From Mobula hypostoma (taxonomy: Eukaryota): a stretch of 64,000 bases of DNA. The notes below the pieces were generated by a model. It saw only the letters and a list, made by a program, of their open reading frames with translations, searched no databases and was not told the origin of the DNA. The stretch's first letter is position 1; the number at the start of each line of letters is the position of its first letter. Shown one piece after another: positions 12,872 to 26,188 of the stretch. The position numbers and the translations under genes are program-made. Location: positions 27,528,001-27,592,000 of the forward strand of contig NC_086120.1 of the NCBI RefSeq assembly GCF_963921235.1. The letters are read 5' to 3'.

Positions 12872-14243
12872 ACAAGCAAGAGAAAATCTGCAGACGCTGG
12901 AAATCCAAGCAACACACACAAAATACTGGAGGAACTGAGCAGGCCAGGCAGCATCGATGGAAAAGAGTACAGTTGACGTTTTGGGCTGAGACCCTTCGGC
13001 AGGACTGGAGAAAAAAAGCTGAGGAGTAGACTTAAAAGGTGGGGGAGGGGAGAGAGAAACACAGGGTGATAGGTGAAACCTGAAGCGGGAGGGATGAAGT
13101 AAAGAGCTGGGAAGTTGATTGCTGAAAGTGATACAGGGCTGGAGAAGCGGAAGTGATAGAAAAGGACAGAAGGCCATGGAAGAAAGAGAAGGGGAGGAGC
13201 ACCAGAGGGAGGCAATGAGTGGGCAGGGAGTTAAGGTGAGAGAGGGAAAAGGGGATGGGGAATGGTGAAGGACGGGGGAGGTGGGCATTACCAGAAGTTC
13301 AAGAAATCGATGTTCATGCCATCAGGTTGGAGGCTATCCATACGAAATACAAGGTGTTATTCTTCCAACCTAAGTATGGCCTCATCACAACAGCGGAGAA
13401 GGCCATGGATAGACGTATCGGAATGGGAATGGGAAATGGAATTAAAATGGGTGGCCACTGGGAGATCCCTCTTTTTCTGGCGGACAGAGAGTAGGTGCTC
13501 GGCAAAATGGTCTCTCAATCTACGGTCTCACCAATACATAGGAGGCCACACCGGGAGCACCGGACACAGTATATGACCCCAACAGACTCACAGGTGAAGT
13601 GTCGCCTCACCTGGAAGGACCGTTTCGGGCCCCGAATGGTAGTGAAGGAGGAAGTGGAGGAGCACGTGTAGCACTTGTCCCGCTTGCAAGGATAAATGTC
13701 AGGAAGGAGCTCAGTGGGGAGGGACGAATGGATAAGTGGGACGTGTAGGGAGCAATCCCTGCGGAAAGCAGAAAATGGGGGGGGGGTGGCGGAGCTGAAG
13801 GAGAAAGATGTGTTTGGTGGTGGGATCCTGTTGGAGATGGCAGAAGTTGCGGAGAATTATGTGGTGGGCGCAGAGGCTGGTGGGGTGGTAGGTGAGGACA
13901 AGAGGAAACCTATCCCTGGTAGGGTGGTGGGAAGATGGGGTGGGAGCAGACTCTTTTCTTACTTCCATGGCCTTCTGTCTTCTTTTATCAGACTCCCCCT
14001 GCTCCCACCCTGTATCTCCTTCACCAATCAACTTCCCAGATCTTTACTTCATCCCTCCCGCTTCAGGTCTCACCTATCACCTTGTGTTTCTCTCTCTCCC
14101 CTCCCTCCACCCTTTAAATCTACTCCTCAGCTTTTTTTCTCCAGTCCTACCGAAGGGTCTCAGCCCGAAACATCAACTGTACTTTTTTCCATAGATGCCG
14201 CCTGGCCTGCTGAGTTCCTCCAGCATTTTGTGTGTGTTGCTTG
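12872..14243 (-). mobile_element. Penelope-like element 3' part (GIY-YIG endonuclease) with an inverted terminal copy
   Basis: FTCESVGVIYCVRCSRCGLL.IGET on the minus strand (about 13490-13620); ~285-bp terminus repeated in inverted orientation at about 13952-14243. Confidence 0.88.
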
Positions 14244-17200
14244 AATATTAATCTGTTCTGGAGGTCTTCCCTCTTCAGTCTCCAAACTCATAGACCATCA
14301 AACAAACTCAGCAAATGCTTTCAACCACACAAACTATGCACAAGAACTTATGTCATTGGGTGATTTATTAGAATGGACTAATCACTGGCTATCCAACTGA
14401 AAGAATCAGGCAACATTGGTTATTTTCAGGCTGTAGAAGTTTAAAATAGGGGTGCCAGAAAATATGTTGTGCTGTGTTGTGTCATACAGCATATTCAAAG
14501 CTGCGATAAACAGGTTTTTGGACTATAAAGGGGTCAGGTCGTGATTTATGTTGAGGCCAAGATTAATGATAGAGCAGGCTCCATGGACTTTATACATATT
14601 CCCATGTCTTATGTTCTCATGGTTGACAGGATCTTTGACTATGTGATTTCCAATCCGATACTCTGGCTCGCACAGTTTTTCCCTCCCTCAGACAACCATA
14701 ACTGGGTACCCCTGGTTCCACCTTTACCTCTTCAACTTCATTCATCTTCACTTCTATCACAGAACTATTAAACTCCCTCTTCCATTCTCCTATTCTGAAG
14801 AGATAATTTTTACCACGTTACCTTGGTTCATTCCTCAACCATCACCACCACTCTTCCTTTTTGCAATGAACCTTCCCAATAAAGTAACTCCTGCCCTTTT
14901 AAATTTTCCCCTCACGTCAAGGTCTCCAAACACTTTCTACCTTTTATTTTTAATTCAATAGACCATACTTACAATGTGAGCTCCTCTAAACAATCTACAG
15001 ATGTAGGTCAGGATTCACATTGCTGAACACTTTAAAATTTAATTTTATTGGATGTGACCAGATCAATATTTCTTGCCCTTAACCAATCACCCTTGGGCTA
15101 TGGGAGGTGATCAGCTGCAATCTATAATGTGAGCATGAATGATTCTAGGATTTAGACCTGGCAATAATGGATTTGCAAAATACTCCCAAGAAATGATGAG
15201 CATGGTGGGAGAAGAAGTTGATCTACAAGTGATATTTCTGCCCACCTTTACTTTTATAGATGGCTGTGAGAGAAATCTTGAGTTACTGCAGTGCTCTTTG
15301 GAGATGGTATCCATTGCAGTCAAGATGCACTGATAGTGGGAAGAATGAATGTTAGTGATAGGCAAGGTGAGGTTCAAATGGTGGGAGGGCTGCTTTTGTT
15401 TTATTAACTTTACGGGTGTTACTGGAGCACCAATCTTTCAGGCAGCTCTGCGCAATCGCATCATAATTTTAGTTTCAGCCTCACTGATTCTCTCCCCCAC
15501 TCCCATAATTACCTCTCTGCACACAGCATCTTATGTTCCGATGAAGTTCAATGCAAGCCTGAGGAACAGCAACTCATCTTTTACCTAGACATATCAACAG
15601 TCCTCAGTATTCAATATAGAGCACAATAATTTCAAATGATTAGTGTTACCATTTACAGCTGGAACCATCTTTTTTATTGTACCATCGCTACATTATTTGT
15701 TCTGAACTAATTATTCCTGACAGATACCTAACACTGGCCTTGCCCTTTGTTCTTTCTTCCTTTTCCAATTGACCTTACATCTTAAGAGTTTTTCAAATCT
15801 TAACTTTTCCAATATTAAGCTGAAAGGTCAGTAAATTGAAAAGTTATCTCTTTCTCTTGGCATTGATGCTACAGGTCCAGTGTCTTCAGCATTTCCTGAA
15901 CCCGGTCCCACAATAGCAAGATCAGGAACAGTTATTACCTTACAACCATCAGGCTCATAAACCAACATGGATAATTTCAATCACCATTACTCTGATCTGA
16001 TTCATAACTTACAGACTCACTTTAAATGACCTTTTACAACTCATGGTCTAACTTTTATTTTATTGTGCACATTGATTGTCAGTCTATTTTTTTTGTAAGT
16101 TCTGTTGTATTTCCTCCCACCCCCCATAAATGCCTGCACGAAAATGAATGACAATGGAGTCTATGGTAATATACACATTATTTAACAACAAATTTACTTT
16201 TATTCCTTCATTCTAGTGCATATTAGGTTCAGACATTACACAGTGAATATGAATTCACAAGTGTTTTTATCTGAAGGATTAATGGAAACAAAGTTTAGCT
16301 TGTATGTCAAGTACACAGCCAGAACTAGTTTCTTGGTAGTTAAGTTTTATTTTATGAGGAATCCCACCAAATGAGTTTGTTGTAACCTTGTGGTTTACTA
16401 TAACCCTTGGAGATCACAGCAGCTCTCCTTCAGCCACAGCTAAGTCCTATATTGTGTACATTTAGATGGATCCACTAGAAAGATTAGAACACCAAAAAGA
16501 AACATGGATCTTAGTTTTGCATATACTCAAAAAATGCGCACTGGAACACAAATACAATCATCTATGGGACAATGTGAGGTTACTTACTTAGATAGGAAGA
16601 ATATTAGTTACTATTCTCCGAATATAAGACATTTCTTTTTATCTTTATTCTAAATTATGCCCAGCGCTAGACTCTCAGCCTCAGGAAAATGTCTCAATGT
16701 GAATCCTGTCAAATTCTCCCAAAATCTTACAAAAAATATTGCCCCTCTTTCCCCTGAACTCCAATGGGTATGTGTCCATAGAGGGCAACCCCCTTATCCC
16801 CGTAATTTAAACTGTACTACATCCAAGGTAACTACATCTATCTTCAGATACTAAGGTCAAAACTCATGAAAGCCTGTCCAAGTGGAACAAGAATTTCTTA
16901 CTCCAAAACGCAAGAGATTCCGCAGACGAAGGGTCTCAGCACGAAATGTTGGTTCTTTATTCCTTTCCATAGATACTGCCTGACTTGCTGAGTTCCTCCA
17001 GCATTTGTGTTTCTTACTCCTACATTCATTTGAATTCTCTTGAAATAAAGGCTATCAACTTACTTACATTTCTAATTGTTTTTAAATCCACATAGTAACT
17101 TTGTTTTATGAACCAATACATCCATGTTCATACCAACATATTTAAAGGCTGCTTTTATATTTTTCTGCTACAAAGAATACCCTCATATTTTTTGACATTA

Positions 17201-19254
17201 CACTTCATCCACTACATTTTTATCACTTAATCTATCCATGATGCATTGCATATCACTTGCATCCACCTCAAAACATACTTCCCAAAATAATTTTGTGTTA
17301 TTAGCAAACCTAGCTATATCAGACTCTGTCCCACTGGTAACAACATGCTGATTAAATATGAACTATATATTTTACACAATTACGAGCAACCAATCCACAT
17401 TCAGTCCCAATCCCACGAGTCTTTATTCTAAATCTTATCAAATGCTCAATGAAAATCCAGGTATTTTCAAATCCTTCGGCAACTACTTATCTATCCGACT
17501 GGATTGAGGCCCCCTACTTCCTTGGAACAGGAGACTGAACTGTAGGCTGCAAATAGCTTTAAGGAGTGGCAAACTATCTACATTGTAAATCCAGAATTCA
17601 ACTAAAGATAAGGTCATTAACCTGAAATGTTGAATCTCCACAGATGCAGACCGAACTTGTAACAACTTTGAGCATGTTATTTTTATTTCAAATTTTCAGG
17701 GCCTGCAATACGCAGAAACAAAAATTTGAGACAAGCTAAGGGCGTTTAATTTGCTTACCACACAACATCTCAAATGTGTGGAGGTGGATTAATGTTAATC
17801 CTCCAAAACACAGTCTGGGTTGATGCATCTCCCACAGTACGACTAAAGAAATCCAATTACATCTACAGTTTAGGCTTTATGTTCAGTCATATGATAGATA
17901 ATGGAACTACTAAGCTCTTAGGCATTGTCTTGATGGGAGAATGGTGATGACTCTCATTCTGATTCTCATTCATTGGCTGTAGTCCAGAAAACAAACCAAA
18001 AAGGAGAAAAGGTTCAACTGATGTAGCATCCAAACACAAAAGAAAATTCACTCAGTCACTCACAGGTTATTTCACTATTCATATGATTAAATGCTAATAA
18101 TTCTGAACTTAAATTTTGTTTGAAAACTGAACATGGTAATCAAGTGACTTTAACAGACCTTAGTTTCACTGATCATTGCAAAGCCATTGGAAATGAACAA
18201 CTATATACTGAGCAATACTGTGAACATTACAATCCTAGGCAGAACTGAGAGAAGACTCAACCTATAGGTGGCTGCAAATATCATTACTGGACGGAAATTT
18301 CATCACTTCATGACTCTGTGATCTGAATTCAATCGCAAGCAGATTCACACCACCCTTAGTGCAATGTCCCTGAGGAATAGGCAATAAGGGAATAAAGAGG
18401 GAAGGTCTTGTTGCTTTAGGGAAAGAACACAAATATTATGAGGAAATTTTGTTTCTAAAATAAAAATAACTACATCCTTTGACTAAAAAAATGACTAGCT
18501 TCTCAGTCCTTTTCATCCATTAAATGCTATGAATTGTTTTATTGATTCTTAATAAAATTGTTTCCCTTCCTCTCTTATAAGTGACTAAAAGCTCCTGTCT
18601 CCAGACATTACACACCTAAGTATCAGAAATTCTCAATGACCTATTGCTTGCAATGGCAGTACTGACAACTCCTGTTATTCTTTACTGCCCAGTACATACT
18701 GATTCAAAGAGGTAAATGAAAATTAAATAAAAATGAAGATGCTGGAAATTGGAAATAACACATAAAACGTTAAATAAACAAGGAGGCCAGGCAGCATCTT
18801 TGGAAACAGAAGATAACATTTCAGGTTCAGCAAACCTGGAAAGGAGGCTGCTTCTCTTTCCACAGATGCTGCTTGGTGTGCATAATTTTTCCAGTATTTT
18901 CTATTTTCATTCAGAGTGGTTCTCAGACAGTCCTAGTAATCCAAGGTACTAAGATGAGAACTTAAACTTCAACCCTCATTTTGCTGAGGTATAACATATC
19001 TGCGAAAGATACATAGAGGCTGTCTATTTTTAATAGTGGTCTTGAGGGCTTATAACATTAACAGAGTGAGTGAGTGAATTAACTATTTCCCTCATTATCT
19101 ATGGGGTACTCTACAAATTCAGATTAACAAATGATTAGGACATCATCTTCTGCAAGTTTTTCTTTCCAATGGCAGCAATGCATGTCAAATAATTTTCCAG
19201 TTTTATTTCTGGGATGAGTTGTTTGCTTTATAATAAACCTTTAGAGAAACTCAC

Positions 19255-19371
19255 CTGAAAAGGCAGGTCCAGAGTGGTGCTTCCTATCTGGTTGACATTG
19301 GGCAAGGAGCCTCCATAGTACTGACCCCGACCCTGTCCCAGCTGTAGGTACTGTGATTTCTGCAACTGTAA
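19255..19371 (-). CDS. CRTC1: CRTC1 exon 2 (117 nt)
   Basis: TTTCAG acceptor, GTGAG donor; translates [39 protein letters not shown], with the conserved [10 protein letters not shown] motif. Confidence 0.96.
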
Positions 19372-21104
19372 CTGAAAATAAACAGACCCATTACAAGTAA
19401 GCTGACATCAACTGAGGCATTGCCTGCCCAATCTTCCAGAGGTTTTTCAAGAAAGATGGGACAATACATCAACATCACATTTCAATGACACCAGACAGTT
19501 TGTGATCCCATTGAGCTAAAAAAAAACTTAGGGAATGCGGCACAGCAAAATAAATACCCAGAAAAACGTCTTGCTAAAGATGTTAAAACTACAAAATTAG
19601 TTTGCATAAACTAGGGTTTTAATCCTGGAATACTGGAAGCATTCAAATAGAAAGACGTATAAAATTACAAGGAGCCGCTGGTAAGCAAAGTTCAACACAT
19701 GCAAATGTGAGGACATCCATTATTATTTGAGCAAATATCTGTAGAAGTATGAACATCCATGACCGTGAAGTTTCAGATAAGTCTAGGAGCCCATGTGTAG
19801 ATTACTAAAATGTAGTGGTAAGGTACAAAATTAACAAAAAGGATAATGAATTTTTTTTTAAATTTGTGAGTTTACAGCTGCACAAAACCATGGTTAGTCT
19901 GATTCTGAAGTATCAAAGATACTCAAAGGATAAAGAAGGTATGTATTGGTCTGTGGAAGCAGCTCATCACGGATTCACTAAAGCATATTAAATGATTTCA
20001 CAAACAACGTTTACATTCTCTGAAATACTTAAGGTTAAGGAATAGAATTTCAGAATTTTCAGATTACATGAAATGCAAAAAAATTATAAGCAAGGAGAAT
20101 ATAGGAACAGATATCAAAAAGACACAGGCTGCTAAACCAACTGATCTAAGGTAGATTAATTACAAAGAATTGTTAAGTAATATACTGGCAGTCCCGAGTT
20201 AAGACAAGGTTCCTTTGTTATCAGAACTGTCCATAAGTCACAAATGAACAAAAAAAAGTGTGTGTGGGACAGGTTTACAGAAAAAATCTGGGAGAGTGAG
20301 AGACACCAGTTTCATTGACTCGGTGCATGTGTGAGAGAGTCTGCTCAGTGTTCCCAGCCCAATTCAACCACCAATTGTTGTGGCTCGAAGTAGTGATGGA
20401 GAGGTTTCGGTGCGGAGATGATGTGCACAGAAATACCCCATTCCCACCCAACAAAAGATGGCTGCTGCCCTACAGCAGCTTGCACATCTATTCCTGTCCA
20501 TCCTGCCAGTCTTAAAAATGCACGCTTACACGTATTTATAAGCTGGCGAGGACCCGTATTTGGTAAGGTGAAATGAAGAGAAACAACATGAATTAAATAG
20601 TAAAAATTTAAAGGTGATTGAGGAACCAAAAAGCTGACAAATCAAGTCAAGGAGAATATTACAAATGCCTTGGCTTTAATAGACCCCACAAAACCATTCT
20701 ACCATTCATGATCCTACTTTATGTGTTAACTCAGTATATCTGATTTTTCTTCAATTCCCTTCATACATTTTTCAACAAGAATTTAATAAAGATTTACAAT
20801 GTACAAATAACCCAGCGCAACTGCAACTTACAGAGGGACAGTTATAAACTTTATTCATGAAATTCAAACTCTGATCTTCAGACAATGCAGCTTAACTATA
20901 GAATATTCCAGCGGTAATGGAATTTCTTTGCCAGTCCTCCTCAGGTTATGGCAAGGTTACATTCCTGGAAACTGTTTATAAACCCAACAGTTCACGTGTC
21001 AGACCAGAAGCCACCAAACAAGCTCCCACACGAAGGAATGCGTGCTGCCCCACAGCAACCATCCTGCTGGTCTCTCACAAACATGCTTGTATAGGCTGTA
21101 CGTA

Positions 21105-22598
21105 CAGTTGCCAGATAAAGCTTGAGAACCCTTTGTAATTACCTGGTTTTCTGCATTAATTACTCATAAAATGTGGTCTGATCTTCATTTAAGTCACAAT
21201 GATAGACAAACATCATCTGCCTAAACTAATAACACACAAACAATTGCACTTTTCGTCTTTATTGAATACATTCGCAGTTCAGGCTGGAAAAAGTATGTGT
21301 GAACCTTTTAATTTAATAACTGGTAGAACCTCCTCTAGCAGCAATAATCTCCACCAAACATTTCCTGTAGCTGCTGATCACACTTGCACAATAGCGAGGA
21401 GGAATTTTAGACCATTCCTCCATACAAAACTGTTTGTTAATCAATATTTATAGGATACCCTGCATGAACAACCTTTTTCAGCTTATGCCACAGCATCATA
21501 ATTGGGTCTCTGATTTGGCCATCCGAAACACAAATTTACTGTTTTTGATTTACTCCTGTGTTCCTTGTGTTCATTGTCTTGTTGCATCATCCAACCTCTA
21601 TTAAGCTTCAGGTGGCAGACCACCACCCTGACATTTTCCTGTAAAATGTTTTGATACAATTTTGAATTCATTGTTCCGTCAATGATTGCAAGCTGTACAG
21701 GGCCCTGACGCAGCAAAGCAGCCTCAAGCCTTAGTTCTTTACAGTTGGGATGAGGTTTTGGTGTTGGCGTGCAGTGCCCTTTTCTCCACCAAACAGTGTG
21801 CATTTCTGCCAAAAAGTTCAACTTGTGTCTCATCTGTCCTCAGAGCATTGTCCCCGAAGTGTTGTGGAACATCCAGGTGGTCTTTGCAAACCTGAGATAA
21901 GCAACAATATATTTTTGGAGAGCAGTGGTTTCCTCTGTGGTGTCCTTCCATGAACACCATTCTTGTTTGGTGTTTTTCTTATAGTGGACACATGAACAGA
22001 GACTTTAGCATGTTCTAGAGATTTCTGCAGGTCTTTTGCTGTTACCTTAGGTACTTTTTCACCTCCTTCAGTAACAATAGTACTGAATTTCCTCCAATTG
22101 TGGACAATTTCTCTTACTGTGGACTGATGGAACACTCAGATCTTTAGAAATGCTTTTGCGGCCTTTTCCAGCTTCATGCATCTCTACAATTCTTCTAAGG
22201 CCCAAGGTCCTCTGAAAGTTGTTTTCATTGATGCCTGGTGCACACAAAGAGATCGTTCTTCAGAAGAGTAGGCTGACTTTGTGTGCCTTTTTTTTATAGA
22301 GCAGAGCACCTCGAAAACCCACACCTCCAATCTCAGCTCATTGATTGGAACACCTGACTCTAAATAGCTTTTGTGGAAGGCATTACCCCAGAGGCTTACT
22401 TACTTTTTTGAAACTAGACAGTGATTGCTTAAATGGTGTACTTTGTATTGACGAGAAGTACAATTATTTGTGTGTTATTAGTTAAGGCAGATTGTATTTG
22501 TCTATTATTGTGACTTAGATAAAGATCAGGCCACATTTTATGATTATTTAATGAAAACAGGTAATTGCAAAGGGTTCACAAACTTTTTCTTGCAACTG
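21105..22598 (-). mobile_element. Decayed Tc1 transposon related to 7053-8583
   Basis: TA-flanked TIRs CAGTTGC...AACCCTTTG; TDETQVELFG and MMQQDN fragments. Confidence 0.9.
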
Positions 22599-25500
22599 TA
22601 AGTCAGGCATTCATAAACTGGGAAGGAGCTGCAATGTCAGTTGCCCTTAGTATCTTGAAAATTTCAGCCAAGTTATTATTTAATTTTCTAAATTCGACAG
22701 ACTGCAACCCTTATTTGTGTAATTTAAAAAAAGTACAATTGGAATTGACATATTTCTGGAAAACCTACTGCACACCCTCCAAGGCCAATGTATTCTCACT
22801 AGGGATGGTCTCCTAAACTGCCTGCAGTACTGTACCTGACTGTGCTATATCCCTTCCTATACAAAGACTAATATTCTATTATCTTATTTTGATCATTTCT
22901 GTCTCCGTGCTCCTGGCACTTTAATGATCTGTGTTCATAGATCATCAAATGTTACCATTTAGAAAGTTTCTATTATGTTCTTTCTAACTCTAAAGTAGAT
23001 AACTACACACTTTCCTACTTTGAAATTCATTTGACCGTTTTTCCAAACTCCATAAATTTTTTCGATCTTTGTTTTCTGTTTCCATCAATACTGCCTGTAA
23101 CATCACAGATCTTTGTAGTGTCAGTAAATTTGGAATATGTTGTTGTCCATCCCAAAATATAAGTTTTGTGTAAATATGGGTATCAATTACACTATCAACA
23201 GAGATCCTGTGGATCTATGAAACTATGAAAATTCATATTGAAATTTTACAATGAAATGTTGCCAATTTGAGTACAATCATTGTTTCTGCCTTCCCTGCTC
23301 ATTTACCCAATTTTCATTAATTCAACACATTCAACCTTAAATGTGGTATAATATCCAATGCCTCGGGAGGTCCATGTGTACATAATAGTCACTTGCATAC
23401 TTGCCTGCCCTATCTGACTCCATCTGCCCAATATTTTAATCAACTCCTTCAGAAGATCAATCTGGATCATTAGACATGACCAACTCTGCGAATCCAGGTT
23501 TCTTTGCTCCGATCAGCTCAACACTGTTAAGTGTTCAGTCACCCTTAATTAGATACTACTAATTTCCCGGTGGGAGATGTTAAGATAACCAGACTATGAT
23601 CAATTCCACCCACCCAAGATTTGCATCTTTCTCAAATAATGAAATGGCTGATACGTGCATTAAAAGTGTCTTAGAAGATTACAGTTAGAGCATCTGTAAT
23701 ATTTTAATCTACTCATTAAAATCGGAGTACAGAAATTATCTTTTTCTGGAGATATGTCACTCTCTGCTGCCTTTATTTACTTCCTTTTTATTAACTTATT
23801 CATGTTTATTCTGGTAAATCACTCCACAATTCATGACTTTGACAGGTGCATCATCACCAAGGCTAATCCACTGGTAACACTAATGCGACATAATTATTCA
23901 GAAAGGTCACTATACCTTACTTTACTTTTGTGATGTTATGTTTCAATAAACATCATAATTTTTTTTGTTTAGATACAGCTTACATTTGATTCGGATCTTA
24001 AATGTTTAGCATCTTTTGCTATTCTTTGTATCTCCCTAAATGTCCAAGCTCTGTGCTAGATTCACATATATCATTTTATTTCTGTCCAGAGGTTTACCAA
24101 CTATATAATATTAAACCTTTCTTGAAAGCCGTAGAGTTATTTTACCCACTAACAGATATGCCCAATTTGTTATGGACAGTCTTTGTCACTTTGCTTGTAA
24201 GTCAAACTTACCTAAAACTTATCTGGAATCCATTTTGCATTTTTCATTTCTGAACAGTACATCAAACTGGATTTTGTTATGGTCACTGTTTCATAGATGT
24301 TCAAGTTTCATTAAGCTTGTTAGCAAAACCTTCCTCCAAAAAACTGATCACTTTTTAAGCATGAATTAGTTTGTTTATCCACAAATATCTCAGACACAGT
24401 ATTTCCACTAATGCCATCCTGCATTTACTCTGTTTTAGTCACTAATTTCTGCTAATTTGCTATTGTTATACCCAATGCTCTCCAGCATCTTAAATCATTT
24501 TCTATTTAAGTAACAGCTGAACTCTCTTTATATTCTCTCTCATCATTGGCTTATTTTTTAAATCATTATGACTATTTCTAAAACTTCCCCTTCTTTTCTT
24601 GAATAGAGGTTGTTTATTTTAGTATATTCATTTCCCAGACCTGACCATTTTGCAGTCCCATCTCAGCTATTATCATGTACTACCTTTCTGACATTTCTAC
24701 TTATGCCTGCCATGTGCATGCAAGAGAAAGCTAAAGACATTAAATGTCAAGGGAATGTGGTCAGACTTTCTTTTTTGGAATGTATCAGTGTCTGGTTGTT
24801 ATTTGGAATGAACTTAGCTTGCATCAAACCCAAATAATATCTATATAAAGTTGGGATCGCTATAGAAAGTGTTACAAAAGGAATGGAATTCTTACTACAC
24901 ATAATCTCTGACATGATTTAAGAAAAGTCAATAATCACAAAATCAGAGAGATCATCTGGCCCATCAAATCAGCTCTATTCAAGACCTATCCTGCTTGTCC
25001 CACACCTGCACCTTCTCCCCACAGATCTACAAACCATTTTAAAGCACATATCCAATTCATTTTGACAGCTACTATTAAATTTACCTCAGCTCATCTTTGT
25101 AATTTAGCTCAAGTTTGGATCAAAGGTTTGAGTTAAGTAGACTTGGTTGGGATCTAAATCATAATTGCCACTTGGACACCATCCTTAACAACATCTGGCA
25201 TTTTACTGATGACTGAAAAACATATGATATACCAGAAATTCAACAGTTATTTTGAGGACCGCATATTTTACATTTCATTCTACTGAAACTGGTCAGCAAA
25301 AAATGCTTCTAGTTCTGGCACACAGAAGTTTGATAATGAAGTCTGTGGTAGGAATACACGCATTTGGTTTGTGAATCAAATTGGTTATAGTTTGACCTCT
25401 AATGATGGGAGACCTCAGGAGGCCTAGGTAATTCGACTAATCAGCAATTCTGACTGAAGACTGCTACATATTGTGAGCTTTGAACTTACTGAAAATGAGA

Positions 25501-25962
25501 ATGATTAAGGAGTCTCCTCTTCATACCAAGACAGCAAGATCATGTTTAATTATTCACTATCACATGGCTTCCACTAGAAGGATTTAAGGATGACAAGTTT
25601 GCCATACGAGGAGAACTTGAGAATATTAGGCTTATGTTCCCTAGAGTTTAAAACAAAATGAGAGGAGATCGCAATGAAATTTGCAAAATTTGTCAAGGAC
25701 TTGAAAGGAAGGATGCAGGATATTTTTATTCTGGCTAAGGATTCTGGAACCAGGTTTACAATCTAACAATTTGGGCTAGACTGTTTATGAGGACTCCTTT
25801 CCCCTACTGAAGAGGGCAGTGAATCTTTAGGAATTCCCTAACTCAAACAGCTCCAGAGATTTATTTGAGTTTGTTCAAAGCCAAAAGTTGAATTCTGGGA
25901 ATAAGGGAATCCAGGGATATGCAGATCATGCAGGAAAATGGAACTGAGCAACAGGATCACCT

Positions 25963-26188
25963 AAACAACAGGAATTCTGCAGATGCTGGAAATTCAAGCA
26001 ACATACATCAAAGTTGCTGGTGAACGCAGCAGGCCAAGCAGCATCTATAGGAAGAGGTGCAGTCGACGTTTCAGGCCGAGACCCTTCCTCACGTCCTGAC
26101 GAAGGGTCTCGGCCTGAAACGCCGACTGCACCTCTTCCTATAGATGCTGCTTGGCCTGCTGCGTTCACCAGCAACTTTGATGTATGTT
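25963..26188. mobile_element. Palindromic Penelope-terminus insertion with 13-bp TSD
   Basis: About 88-bp near-perfect inverted arms (25999-26086, 26101-26188); AACAGGATCACCT duplicated at 25950-25962 and 26189-26201. Confidence 0.9.

Noticed and set aside
12619-14244. ORFs of 140-198 aa ending in ...IDAAWPA...
   Set aside because: Chance translations of the non-coding Penelope terminal repeat, recurring wherever the repeat occurs
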